In this document: positions 9,159-19,303 of the stretch, one piece after another
Layout of the letters: every line of letters starts with the position of its first letter
Position numbering within the stretch: position 1 is the first letter of the stretch
From: Verrucomicrobiia bacterium
GTDB taxonomy: Bacteria > Verrucomicrobiota > Verrucomicrobiia > Limisphaerales > UBA1319
Assembly (NCBI GenBank): GCA_963664225.1
Contig: OY760937.1
Location: forward strand, 1,344,001-1,408,000
DNA length: 64,000 nt
Reading direction: 5' to 3'
Notes under the pieces: generated by a model
The model's database searches: none
The model's input: the letters and a program-made list of their open reading frames with translations, nothing else
What the model was told of the DNA's origin: nothing
Program-made: the position numbers and the translations under genes

Positions 9159-11701
9159 CGCTTCCAATGGATTCGTGCGTCCTCCAGTGGGATCGCAACG
9201 CCATCGCAGTGCGGTATCACTCGCGCCGTATAGTCCGCTGACGGGCGGGTCGCAGATACGGTTGCACTATAGACGTAGCCGCCAGATTCGTTGGACAACG
9301 GGTAAAGACAGGTCATTTCCTGCCGCACCGTGGGACTGCCCTGTATTCCGTCGGCATAAAGCTCCACCCGCACCGCCTTGGGGTCAAGGCCATGCAGACC
9401 GACTTGAACTTCAATGATGTGTTTCCCGTCGCGTGTCTCCACCTTCACTGCGCCGAGGTGCAGCGTGGCCCATTTCTGATCCAGACTGTGCCGCCAATCC
9501 ACCATTTGCTTGCCGATCGCGCATTTGTTGGCGATTCGCGAATGGTAGGCGGCAGCCGCCGGGAGATAGTGTTGCTCGGTGTATTCGCACACGGCGCGGT
9601 TGGCGGAGAAACGCGGGGTCAACTGCGCCATGCTTTCTCGCATCCGCACGATCCACGCCGCTGGAATTCCTTTCTCGTTACGCGTATAAAATTCAGGAAT
9701 AACCTCACGTTCAAGCCTCTCGTAGAGCGCCTCGGATTCCGTCGCGTCCCAAGATGGATCACTGCCGTGTTCCTGACCGTCGCCCAGCGCCCAGCCCAAA
9801 TCCGGGACATACGCTTCGGCCCACCAGCCATCCAATTCAGAAAGATTGATGCCGCCGTTGACGAGCACTTTCATGCCGCTCGTGCCGCACGCCTCCCATG
9901 GCCGCCGTGGCGTGTTGAGCCAGACATCCACACCTTGCACCAAACGCTCGGTCAAGTGCATGTCGTAGTCACTTAGAAAAATCGCGTGAGGACGAGCCGC
10001 GGGCTGGCGAATGAATTGAATCCATTTCTGAATCAGGGCTTGTCCCTCCAAGTCCGCCGGATGAGCTTTGCCCGCGATGATCAGTTGCACTGGGCGCTGC
10101 GGATCGGACAACAGGCGAAGCAGTCGCTCCGGGTCGTGCAGTAATAGATTTGGTCGCTTGTAGGTCGCGAAGCGCCGCGCAAAACCAAGAGTCAATATGT
10201 TCGGATCAAATAAATGTTTTGCCTCTTCAACCGTCTCTGGTGATGCACCGGCGGCGGCATAGTGCCGGGCCAGGCGTTCACGGGCGTATTCCACCAGTGA
10301 CTTGCTGGTGGCGAGGCGAAATCTCCAAAGGGTGGCATCGGTGACGCGGCGAATGTCCTGCTCCAGAGTTTCCGATTTTCCCAGCCAGCGGTCTTTGCCA
10401 CAGGCCTCAGTCCAAAGTTCGTCGGCTGCCGCTGAATCCCAAGTCGGCATGTGAACTCCGTTCGTCACATGTCCGACAGGCACTTCGTCCGCTGGCCAGC
10501 TGGGGAAAAGTGGCTCAAAGAGATGACGGCTGACTTTCCCGTGCAAGCGGCTTACGCCATTCACTGACCCACTGCCTCGGATGGCCAGATAGGCCATGTT
10601 GAAACTCTCCGACGCGTCATTCGGATTCTGGCGGCCCAAAGCCAGCAATTCGTGAAGCGAAATTCCCAGTTTCTTTTCCGCATAACCGCCAAGGTATTGC
10701 TCGACGAGCGCCGGAGGAAAACGATCAAACCCCGCATCTACCGCTGTGTGGGTCGTGAAAAGATTTCCCGCGCGCGTAGTAGCTAATGCCACTTCAAAAG
10801 GTTGCGCATTTTCTTCCATGAAACTGCGGGCACGCTCCAATACTTCAAAGGCGGCATGACCTTCATTCAAATGACACACATCCGGCTGGACGCCGAGAGC
10901 CGCGAGCAGTCGCCAGCCGCCAATCCCAAGCAGCATTTCTTGCTTGAGACGCAATTCCGGTCCGCCACCATACAACTCGCTCGTGATTCCACGATGAGCC
11001 GGAAAGTTCGCCGCATCATTGCTGTCCAGCAGATAAAGCTTCACACGACCAACTTGCACCTCCCATGCGCGTAGCCAGACGGAGTAACCGGGCAAGGCAA
11101 TTTCCAAACGCAACCATTCGCCGTTTGGTTGGCGCAAAGGTGTAATCGGCAATTGTCCGGGATCATTATACGGGTAAAGAGCCTGTTGCGCTCCGTCCTT
11201 GTCAATCACCTGACGAAAATAACCTTGTTGGTAGAGCAGCCCCACGCCGACCACCGGCACGCCCAGATCGCTGGCGGCTTTGAGCTGATCGCCAGCCACG
11301 TTACCAAGACCCCCGGAATAAATGGGCAGCGCTTCGCTCAACATATATTCCATGCTGAAATACGCGACGCACTTTAACGGCGACTGCGGATGGGTGTTCT
11401 GAAACCACACCGGCTTCACCGCCGCCTCGCGCTTGGCTCGGACCATGTCATCAATGTTCTTGCGAAAGGCAGGATCGGATAATACCTGCTGTAGTTTGTC
11501 CCTTGAGACGGTCTGTAAAACCACCCAGGGATTTTGCGTTTGTTCCCACAGCGCCGCATCAAGCTGCCGCCACACATCATCGGTGGCATGATTCCACGAC
11601 CAGCGCATATCAAAGGCCAGTTCCGCGAGTGAATCGAATCCCTCAACCTCCGTGGGCGGAAGGCTGTAGATTGGCTGACTTACGCTCATTTGTTTCTTCA
11701 T
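9155..11701 (-). CDS. glgP: Alpha-glucan (glycogen) phosphorylase
   Basis: YFSMEY, YSGGLG, HLNEGH, TNGVH, ARRFATYKR and EACGTSGMK (PLP lysine) motifs. Confidence 0.95.
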   Translation of the reverse strand: MKKQMSVSQPIYSLPPTEVEGFDSLAELAFDMRWSWNHATDDVWRQLDAALWEQTQNPWVVLQTVSRDKLQQVLSDPAFRKNIDDMVRAKREAAVKPVWFQNTHPQSPLKCVAYFSMEYMLSEALPIYSGGLGNVAGDQLKAASDLGVPVVGVGLLYQQGYFRQVIDKDGAQQALYPYNDPGQLPITPLRQPNGEWLRLEIALPGYSVWLRAWEVQVGRVKLYLLDSNDAANFPAHRGITSELYGGGPELRLKQEMLLGIGGWRLLAALGVQPDVCHLNEGHAAFEVLERARSFMEENAQPFEVALATTRAGNLFTTHTAVDAGFDRFPPALVEQYLGGYAEKKLGISLHELLALGRQNPNDASESFNMAYLAIRGSGSVNGVSRLHGKVSRHLFEPLFPSWPADEVPVGHVTNGVHMPTWDSAAADELWTEACGKDRWLGKSETLEQDIRRVTDATLWRFRLATSKSLVEYARERLARHYAAAGASPETVEEAKHLFDPNILTLGFARRFATYKRPNLLLHDPERLLRLLSDPQRPVQLIIAGKAHPADLEGQALIQKWIQFIRQPAARPHAIFLSDYDMHLTERLVQGVDVWLNTPRRPWEACGTSGMKVLVNGGINLSELDGWWAEAYVPDLGWALGDGQEHGSDPSWDATESEALYERLEREVIPEFYTRNEKGIPAAWIVRMRESMAQLTPRFSANRAVCEYTEQHYLPAAAAYHSRIANKCAIGKQMVDWRHSLDQKWATLHLGAVKVETRDGKHIIEVQVGLHGLDPKAVRVELYADGIQGSPTVRQEMTCLYPLSNESGGYVYSATVSATRPSADYTARVIPHCDGVAIPLEDARIHWKR

Positions 11702-11744
11702 GATGTTTCCTTCTAAATTGTTCTGGTTCGTATGTTCGAGCGCA

Positions 11745-11939
11745 TCAATTGGGGTTCCCTTCGTTACGCCATATTTCCTTGGCTTCGCTTACGGTCTGCT
11801 GGTGAATCACCAACGACGCTCGGAGCACTGGGTGGATCTGCGGAAAGCGTTGCGCGAATCTCACATCGAAGGCGCTGCTCCAGGTGGAGCCAATCTCGCA
11901 TCTATTCGGTGGTCGTCGTTCGTTGTTTGGTTCATCCAT
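11745..11939 (-). CDS. Small hypothetical protein
   Basis: 64-aa ORF with GGAGGAG immediately upstream on the minus strand, co-oriented with its neighbours. Confidence 0.4.
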   Translation of the reverse strand: MDEPNNERRPPNRCEIGSTWSSAFDVRFAQRFPQIHPVLRASLVIHQQTVSEAKEIWRNEGNPN

Positions 11940-11994
11940 ATTTCTCCTCCATCATAGACTCTCACGCTCATCTTTCAAATGCGTGACCTCCATC

Positions 11995-12660
11995 TCAACC
12001 TTTGACACCCAGAATCATTTCCACCGGAACACACATGTGCTTCTTCAACGCCTTGCTGGATTTGAACCCCGCCTTCGCCAGTGCTTCACGCGCGTAAATG
12101 GTCTGGCAATCGAGAAAATCCGGGATGTGCTTGTGACTCCACTCGAAAACGCCAATGAGCGGGTCGTGCCCTCCCTCCTTCGACATGCCGACCATGAGAA
12201 CGCGCCCACCTGGCCGGAGCGCGCGTTTACATTCGCAAGACAATTTGATATTTCTGGCGTATCGAACAGCGCCAACATCATACTCATAAACACACCGTCC
12301 AAACTCTCATTTGGGTAAGCGAGATGGGCCGCGACCCCACACCGAAGACGGCTGCATTTAAGCAGCTTCGCTTTGGCCAGATTTAGCATCTGGTCCGACA
12401 AATCCAGGCCACACACGCGACCGTTCGTCCCGACGGCTTTGGCCAGCGCCATCAGGCAGTGTCCCGTGCCGAAACCGATTTCCAAAACACTCTCGCCGAC
12501 GTGAGCTTTCAACAATACCAACCCCGCCTTCCACATCAGGGCTTCACTGCGCTCGGACAGCACGTCATAGACTTGGCTGATTTTATTGTAGAATGCCTTA
12601 GTCTGGTCTTTCGACTGGAAGACGCGAAGGATTGCCGGTTAAGTGCCATTGTTAAAAGCG
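11995..12660 (-). pseudogene. UbiE-like class I SAM methyltransferase, disrupted
   Basis: FYNKISQVYD and VLEIGFGTG are in one frame with an in-frame TAA near 12639; RALRPGGRV continues in another frame after about 12240. Confidence 0.7.
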
Positions 12661-12760
12661 GATTTCTTGGCGCTTTGCTTTCCAAATCAGCCTCGCACCA
12701 CTTTTCTTACGCGTCCAGCGGGGTTTAGAGGAAGCTTGTTCCCCTGTTGAAACTTTGAAC

Positions 12761-12991
12761 TCAAGCGAGTTTTCGTTCCTCGAGCAATTGCCTCTCGGCA
12801 GCCAGCCAGCACTCCACATCATGCCCGGGCTGTGAACCCTGGCTCACATAACGGGAATAGGCCCTTCTGGCAACTTCGTTTGCAGACGGAACGAAATCAA
12901 TTCCGCCTTGGCTTGGGCTCGTGGCCGAGGCTGGCAGTGATTCGCTGGCCGATTTTGGGTTTTTATCCTGAGAGAATTTATTTCGCTTCAT
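12761..12991 (-). CDS. DUF2934 domain small protein
   Basis: EVARRAYSRYVSQGSQPGHDVECWLAAERQL matches the I..RAY.L....G...G....DW..AE pattern. Confidence 0.75.
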   Translation of the reverse strand: MKRNKFSQDKNPKSASESLPASATSPSQGGIDFVPSANEVARRAYSRYVSQGSQPGHDVECWLAAERQLLEERKLA

Positions 12992-13026
12992 CCAGGGAAA
13001 GTATAGACTCTGTAACCGCTCTTCCA

Positions 13027-13046
13027 ATATGGGGTCTTCTCCCTAC
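13027..13046. promoter_or_regulatory. TATGGGGT-box copy 3 (degenerate)
   Basis: ATATGGGGTCTTCTCCCTAC followed by CCAGAC as in copy 1; TATACT -10-like hexamer on the minus strand at about 13000-13005. Confidence 0.5.
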
Positions 13047-13370
13047 CCAGACTTCATGGCTTCAGTCATCCGCCAAGCCAGAAAAATAGATAACAGGTTG
13101 ATTACGAGTCCGAAAAACGCGCCGTGACCAACGCTTGGTTTGCTTCGTTGCACGGACTGGCAGTCGTCTCAAACTGCTCTATTACGGAGTCATGGTTGTG
13201 GATTTCGAGCTGCAAAGCCTCAATGAGGACCGCGACTACCAATACACCTTCGGAGGCCACCTCATTCTCAGATAATTCCACGACGTGGTCCACATTGGGA
13301 CGGCGTGGCCATTCACTGTTTCCAAACCGGACGCTGCACTGTTCAGGAATTCTATACGGCAACGCATATA

Positions 13371-14333
13371 TAGCGCTGCGATACGGCAATTTAAAAAACG
13401 GAGTGAGCAGACCGCGGATCTTCTCAGGATGCTTTCGGACATCGTCAAAAGTTTCAAATGGGCTCTCGCAAAGATCGGCGGGCTTCTCAAAGAATCGGTT
13501 GTGGGTGGCTTCCCGCCGGGTATAGTGCCAGATTCTCTCCTGCGCGTTGAGTTCGGGAGAGTATTTGGGCACCGGAAAGACTTCCAGACGATGGCGCTGC
13601 TATTTGAACCAGGACCAAACTTCGGGATGAGTATGATACGATGCTTTGTCTTGGATAAGGTAAACGCGGTGGCCGCGCCGGTAATAGGTCGGCAGGACGA
13701 CCTCTTGGACAAAGGCCAGATAGGTGACGTTTTTGAAATACTCGGTTTGGTGCCGGTAGGCGAACTCAGCGCCCTGCAGACTGACAGCGCCGAGGATCTT
13801 CTGTGCGTGGCGTTCTCCACGTGTGGGTATTTCAGGCCTACAGTTCAAGGGTGCCCACGTCTGATGCAAGGTGGGGCATTGGCGAAAGGAGGCCTCGTCC
13901 ACATAAACAATTATGGCGCCTTCGTAACGGGCGTTTTATTAAATTGGGATAAGTGTAACGAATCCACTTATTCTGCGCTTTGGGATCGGCTTGTACCGGA
14001 CGGGTGGTCGGCCGTTGCACGGAGCACCCCAGGCGATGAAGGAGTTTTCGCACGTGGCCTGGATGGTAGTCGACAGCGAACTCGGCATGTATAACGCCGG
14101 CCAGGACCGGCGAGTTCCAGACTCTGGAGTTAAATCCGTAACCCACAGGACCCCTTTCAACAATGTCATGGAAGTGCACAAGCTGACTCTGGGTCAGTTC
14201 GCAAAGACGCCCGCTGCGACGACCATCCAGCGCCCCTCAGACCAAGCATATGCCCCACCTTAAAAAAGGTGGAGGTCTTTTGCACCAGTTCCGGACTCCA
14301 TCATGCACTGCGCATTATTGAATCAAGCGGCTA
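13371..14333 (-). mobile_element. IS630-family insertion sequence remnant (frameshifted transposase)
   Basis: DEASF, QDKASYH and PKYSPELNAQERIW fragments occur in different frames; TA flanks at 13369-13370 and 14334-14335; both ends read TAGC. Confidence 0.85.
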
Positions 14334-15147
14334 TACGCTCGGCACATTTTTGCAGGTATGTAATGCGATACGGCACCGTCTCTTCCTGCATCACCAGCGG
14401 TCCGGCGGCCGACTCACGGCTGTCTGCATCAATCATTCCTCCGACTTCGCGGCTAATGAACGGTCCCATTTGAGGCCAGGTGATCCGGTGCATCCCCACG
14501 GCGTTGATGCCTTCGGGAATCGCAACCGGATGCGAGTGGGCGACGAACTCACCGCCATCAATCACGTCCGTGACTTTGTGGATGGTCAAGACCAGGTGCT
14601 TTCGCCCATCCCGCACCATTGCAGCGATGGGGTCGGGGCCGGGATACGATGGCCAGATGTCGCCGCTATGGTGGAAGTTGAAGAAACCAAGTTCCGGGTA
14701 ACCAATGACTGCGGTCGGAATCTTTTGGCCGAAGGTCGCCATCAGGCAAAGCTCCGGCCGCCATTTTTTGAAGAACATCTCCTGGAACTCCGGCGCTTTC
14801 ACGAGACCTGTGAATACCGGCAGGCCATGCTCTTGCGCTAATCGCGGCACCAACAGTTCATCGTTGCGCGTGTGCGGATATTTCCACAACCGCACATCGG
14901 CGTGGGTGAACGGCTGCGTTGGGTCGTCGGTGGCAACCCCCACCACGACCACTCGGCTTGCCATAGGGCCAAAGAGCAGTTCTCGAAGAACATGGTAGCC
15001 GCCCATGAAGCTGCCGAAAACCGCGATGCGTGTCTTCGGTTCGAGAGCCGAGGATAGATTGCGGGGGAAGCGGAGTGGGGTGGCTCCGCTCAGGGCGGAA
15101 TATGGCAAGGCATACATGGCACGCGAGCGTTGCTGCGGGCAACCCAC
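14323..15147 (-). CDS. Stand-alone formyltransferase (Formyl_trans_N / Fmt-like)
   Basis: VVGVATD, LMATFGQKIP, FNFHHS..WPSYPGPDP and TIHKVTDVIDGG motifs; true start may be the ATG of MYALP. Confidence 0.75.
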   Translation of the reverse strand: MGCPQQRSRAMYALPYSALSGATPLRFPRNLSSALEPKTRIAVFGSFMGGYHVLRELLFGPMASRVVVVGVATDDPTQPFTHADVRLWKYPHTRNDELLVPRLAQEHGLPVFTGLVKAPEFQEMFFKKWRPELCLMATFGQKIPTAVIGYPELGFFNFHHSGDIWPSYPGPDPIAAMVRDGRKHLVLTIHKVTDVIDGGEFVAHSHPVAIPEGINAVGMHRITWPQMGPFISREVGGMIDADSRESAAGPLVMQEETVPYRITYLQKCAERIAA

Positions 15148-15323
15148 TGCGGAAACTCAAAGGATGTGACCCGATCACACCTCCATTCGAGGCACGGTTG
15201 ATCATTTGCCGTTTTCGAAGGAGACCCGCAGCCGAAGCCGCGCAATTGCAATGAACACATTACATATCGATCTAATACGCAATATATGCAAATAGATAGT
15301 GGAATATTAATCTATGTTAGATA

Positions 15324-16319
15324 TCACACCGCAAAACGGGCCTTGTCGAGGGCCTTGAGCGTGCCAGTTTCCTGGAGCAACCGTTCAACGACGGCCACGA
15401 TGGCTTCGCCGCTGCCATCACCCCTGACCTGACAGAAATCATGCCAGTTCTGGTCGGCACTTCGCTTGAGCCGTTCCTGTTCCGCTTTGATGTCGCCCAT
15501 GGCTCCGCCTTCATACAATGGCGCTTCCGAGAGCAACCACCGAAATGTATTTTCAAGGAATCGAGTGTTCCGGGCATGGTGCAGCAGGCCAAAGGCCCCG
15601 GCTTCAAAAGCGTGCGGACCGCCAAAGAGAACATATCGGCCCCGGCCATGTCGTCCGGCGACTGCAATAGGCAACGAATACAACGAAATTTCCCGAAGAG
15701 TGCGGTTATAACTCACACAATTTCCCCCGGGCGAATAGACCAGCGCCTGCGCGTCAGCGCCGGGAATCACGGTGAAGGTCGCCATGTGGCGCCAGGTAAC
15801 GCTGTCAATCCCACTGGCGGCCCAGGACAGAGGAATCAGCTCGTGCTCGGTTGTAAAGAGGGATTGCAGCGGATGAGTCGTGCGCACCCGCTTTAGATCG
15901 ATAATCGCGTCATCGTTGAGCAGGCAGCCCAGGGGCGCGAACAATTGGCCCAGGTTGGTCTGTGTGAATGAATCCCCGAAACGGTATGCGAAAGCCAGCA
16001 GACGTCCACCCTGGCGAAGATACTCCAGAATTCGGCAAATTTCATCGGGAGTGAGCAATGACGCGGGGTCCTGTCGCCAGCATTCGCCGTCCGGGTCGTA
16101 TTTGCCGGTCGGCGGCGGGATGACCAGCAGGCGGGCGCGGGAGAGGTCCATCGGTTTGTGATTCTGGCTGGTGCAAATCCCGCCCAGGCGCTCGAACAGT
16201 GCGGTCATGCCAGCGAAGTTGGTGTGCCGTTGGCGCGAGGTGAAGCCCGTCTGGTCCCAATGCGCTTGACCATGGGTTTCATCAAACAGGATTGGGATCA
16301 GCGAAGCGTCGGCTGGCAT
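15324..16319 (-). CDS. DUF4350 / class-I GATase-like fold protein
   Basis: ILFDETHG, LLVIPPP, EYLRQGGRLL, GRGRYVLFG and NTRFLENTFRWL pattern. Confidence 0.55.
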   Translation of the reverse strand: MPADASLIPILFDETHGQAHWDQTGFTSRQRHTNFAGMTALFERLGGICTSQNHKPMDLSRARLLVIPPPTGKYDPDGECWRQDPASLLTPDEICRILEYLRQGGRLLAFAYRFGDSFTQTNLGQLFAPLGCLLNDDAIIDLKRVRTTHPLQSLFTTEHELIPLSWAASGIDSVTWRHMATFTVIPGADAQALVYSPGGNCVSYNRTLREISLYSLPIAVAGRHGRGRYVLFGGPHAFEAGAFGLLHHARNTRFLENTFRWLLSEAPLYEGGAMGDIKAEQERLKRSADQNWHDFCQVRGDGSGEAIVAVVERLLQETGTLKALDKARFAV

Positions 16320-16430
16320 GATCAGTCTCGCGCGAATGGAAACGGTAAAAATGGTGGAGAATTGTTTATAGGCACAATTCTCAAAAGCCTCGAACCTTAC
16401 AGGAAGAACCTCTTACCGAATCAGTCGCGG

Positions 16431-16694
16431 TTACACAGCGGGGGCCGGGGCAGGCTGGGTCTCACTCTCCTGGGTCTGGTTAAAGATCCAGGAATGGGCT
16501 TGATCCGCTACCTTGGCCACCTGCAACAGGTCATCGCGACCGAAGCTGTCGGTGGATTGCCACTGATCACCGTCCTTATAGAGGCGGCAAAAGGTGACGT
16601 TGAAACGAACTCCGTTTTCGGTTTCGTTTCTCCATACTGCCGCCTTGATAGCGCCCAAGCGCACTTCGTGGACGGGTTTTGTCTTGGTTTTCAT
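16431..16694 (-). CDS. Small conserved mobile-element protein, possibly ssDNA-binding
   Basis: KPVHEVRLGAIKAAVWRN...FNVTFCRLYKDGDQWQSTDSFGRDDL; the function is inference. Confidence 0.6.
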   Translation of the reverse strand: MKTKTKPVHEVRLGAIKAAVWRNETENGVRFNVTFCRLYKDGDQWQSTDSFGRDDLLQVAKVADQAHSWIFNQTQESETQPAPAPAV

Positions 16695-17208
16695 GGCTGA
16701 TACGTTTGTTAACATGGATTCCATGTGTTTGTCCTTGCATAATGTGATGCCCGGCCATGGGCATCGGGATGCATTTCGATCCATACCACGTTTGAAAACC
16801 CAAAGCAACGGTACCAGCCGCATTCGGCATCGCCGATGGCTGGCCGTGTGGAGAGGCCTGAATTCATTGACTTTATTCCATGCGAATTTCCGATTCCGGT
16901 TGAAAAGAGTTGCCCTGCAGTATCCTCGTCGGCCTGTTGACTAGCCACAGCGAATTGGGAGATTCTTGAGGGACCAGGATGGTTTTCTTCAGAAAGGGTT
17001 GAACAGGTTCACGCGCTCAACGATCAGGTCTCTGCCGCCACATGGTCTTCGATTTCCTCTGGGCGTTTGGTCATTTGCTGGCCAACACATCGCAGAGGTT
17101 ATTTCCACCCGGATCCAAACTCGTGCCGCACGGCGCCCGGTTGGAAAGTGGATCCAAAATGCCTGACCGGAACTGATCCGGCCGGCGGCACGGCCGAAAG
17201 AACAGCGT

Positions 17209-18051
17209 ATGAACCATAACACAACCAACTTCAAGGCACTGGCCTTGACGGAAGACATGCTCCGCGTTCAGGCCCCAAGCATCTTTGCTTCCGGCCCGAT
17301 GCTGGGCGTAAGTCCGCGCTACACGTTCGTGCCCACGGCACGAATCATCACCGGACTGAAGGATCTCAATTGGGTCCCGGTTCAGGTGGAAGAGCAGCGC
17401 ATTCGCACCGAAGCCCGGCGCGGTTTCCAGAAGCATCAGCTTCGGTTCCGCCGCGCCGAGCAGATGGAAACGCTGGATGAGTGGAACGTGGAACTCGTCC
17501 TGCTCAACTCGCACGATGCGGGTTGCGCCTACCAGTTGCATGCCGGGATTTATCGCCGGGTGTGCAGCAATGGGCTTGTCCTGTCGGAGGGGAGCTTCGA
17601 AGCCATCCGATTCCGTCATGCGGGATTGGAACCCGATGAAGTGATCGGGGCGAGTCTGCGGGTGCTCGACTACATGCCAAAGGTTGGCGAACTGGTCGGG
17701 CAATTGCACGCGCGGACACTGGAAACGAGGGAATCGCTCCTCTTTGCGCGGTCGGCGTTGGCACTCCGGTATCCACAGTTGCAGGAAGCGCCGGTGGATG
17801 CGGAAACGCTCCTGAAGGCGCACCGCCCGGAGGACGAAGGGACCGACTTGTGGCGGACCCTCAATCGTGTGCAGGAGAACCTGATCCTGGGAAACGTATC
17901 CGATTGGCACAAGGACCGGCGCGGGAAGCTCCGCTCGATGCGCAGGCTCAGTGGCATTGACTCAAAGGTCAGTGTCAACAAGGGCCTCTGGAGTCTGGCT
18001 GAGCGCGTGGTCAAAGGGGAACCGTTGGAAGTTGAAACGGTCACAACCTAA
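17209..18051 (+). CDS. DUF932 domain protein
   Basis: APSIFA, S.RYTFVPT, KHQLRFR, LLNSHD, GIYRRVCSNGL and DLWRTLNRVQENL motifs. Confidence 0.85.
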   Translation: MNHNTTNFKALALTEDMLRVQAPSIFASGPMLGVSPRYTFVPTARIITGLKDLNWVPVQVEEQRIRTEARRGFQKHQLRFRRAEQMETLDEWNVELVLLNSHDAGCAYQLHAGIYRRVCSNGLVLSEGSFEAIRFRHAGLEPDEVIGASLRVLDYMPKVGELVGQLHARTLETRESLLFARSALALRYPQLQEAPVDAETLLKAHRPEDEGTDLWRTLNRVQENLILGNVSDWHKDRRGKLRSMRRLSGIDSKVSVNKGLWSLAERVVKGEPLEVETVTT

Positions 18052-18365
18052 CCGCGAGGTTATTCTGAAGGTTACACGGCTTTTGAGGATTGTGCCTAAA
18101 AAACAACCCTCACCCTTTATTCTCAGATCGGCTCTGTCCTCTGGTTAAACGTAAATGCCGACACGCTGCGGCTACTCATCCAGAACCCCGCACATAACGG
18201 CCGCCATCCGCCCACTGCTCGCTAACCGCTGCGCGGCGCCTAGGGTATTCTCAGCAACATGCAAAGGCGCATGGAGTCGAGTCACGACAGGTCTGCTGGA
18301 ACGCTCCTGATGAGCTGCTGCCGGGCCATTTGCATAGCGCATTCAATCCATGAGATAAATGAATT

Positions 18366-19100
18366 ATGGACCCTGTAATCACCCAGAAATCTCTCGCGAC
18401 CGAAAAGTGGTTTGTCGAATTGCTGGCCGGCAAGGGATTCGCCAAGTCCTCGGAAAATACATTCACAAACGGAAAGGCTTCAATCCGGCTTGATGGGGCT
18501 CATTTCTTTGCCGATGCGGGTGTGGAGAATACCACCTATAAAGCGAATTTCCGCAACGCCAATCGGCAAACCGTTACTTTCATGGTGGACCAAATCTTGA
18601 AAATGCATGCGTTTCTCACCGACGAGGAATTGGCGCAGGAACGAGCCGAAAAACAAAGCGTGGATCGAGCTCTGGCCGGTATTGCCATTACCATCAAGGA
18701 TGGACCGGACACCGGCGTCGGGATGCAACTCCGGCAATTCCTCTGGTCCCTTTACAACATGCACCATGTGGTCAACCTCTGGCGATTGACGGCTGATCTC
18801 GATAGCCAGCGTTCCGCCTGGGTCGCGGAAATCTTCGCCGGTGCGCTTGGCGGATTGGTAAAGGACACGGATCTGAAACGCACTTTGCAGGCCGCCGGAG
18901 AAATGGAGCGCTGGGAAAGGGGACATTCCGGTGAAAAGGTCGCGGTCGCGCTTCAGGAAGCAGAGAATATCGTCGCCGCGTTGACACGGAAGGTTCCTCC
19001 CAGCCAGACACATACGGTGCTGGTCTCCCTGTTGGAACGTATGGCCGAGGTTCAACGGGAACTCCGCGAGGAGGATTCCCAGGTGCCAAAATCTTCATAA
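18366..19100 (+). CDS. Hypothetical protein of mobile-element type
   Basis: 244-aa clean ORF; the DTGVGMQLRQFLWSLYN..NLWRL...LD segment resembles small ICE/plasmid proteins. Confidence 0.6.
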   Translation: MDPVITQKSLATEKWFVELLAGKGFAKSSENTFTNGKASIRLDGAHFFADAGVENTTYKANFRNANRQTVTFMVDQILKMHAFLTDEELAQERAEKQSVDRALAGIAITIKDGPDTGVGMQLRQFLWSLYNMHHVVNLWRLTADLDSQRSAWVAEIFAGALGGLVKDTDLKRTLQAAGEMERWERGHSGEKVAVALQEAENIVAALTRKVPPSQTHTVLVSLLERMAEVQRELREEDSQVPKSS

Positions 19101-19303
19101 GTCGTCACTCACTCCAGCAACATGCCTTTCTCCCACCAATCCGATGCGATGGTATTCACGCACTTCGCAGCCGCTCCAACGGCGATCAGGGCGAGGCGGA
19201 AATTCCTCAGGCCAACGCTCTATTGTTGGAGGATTGTAGAGCCTGCTGTCCATGATGTGGATGCCATCCCAACGCGGTCCCACGCTAACGCTTCAATTCG
19301 ACA

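Noticed and set aside
13011..13036. Fifth ECF promoter TGTAAC-N15-GGGTC
   Set aside because: The -10 is mismatched, it overlaps TATGGGGT box 3, and no intact plus-strand gene follows.
15119..15255. Riboswitch (ZTP or c-di-GMP type) upstream of the formyltransferase
   Set aside because: A CTGCGGGT/GCCCGCAG pairing exists, but I could not match the conserved cores by eye; an Rfam/Infernal scan would be needed.
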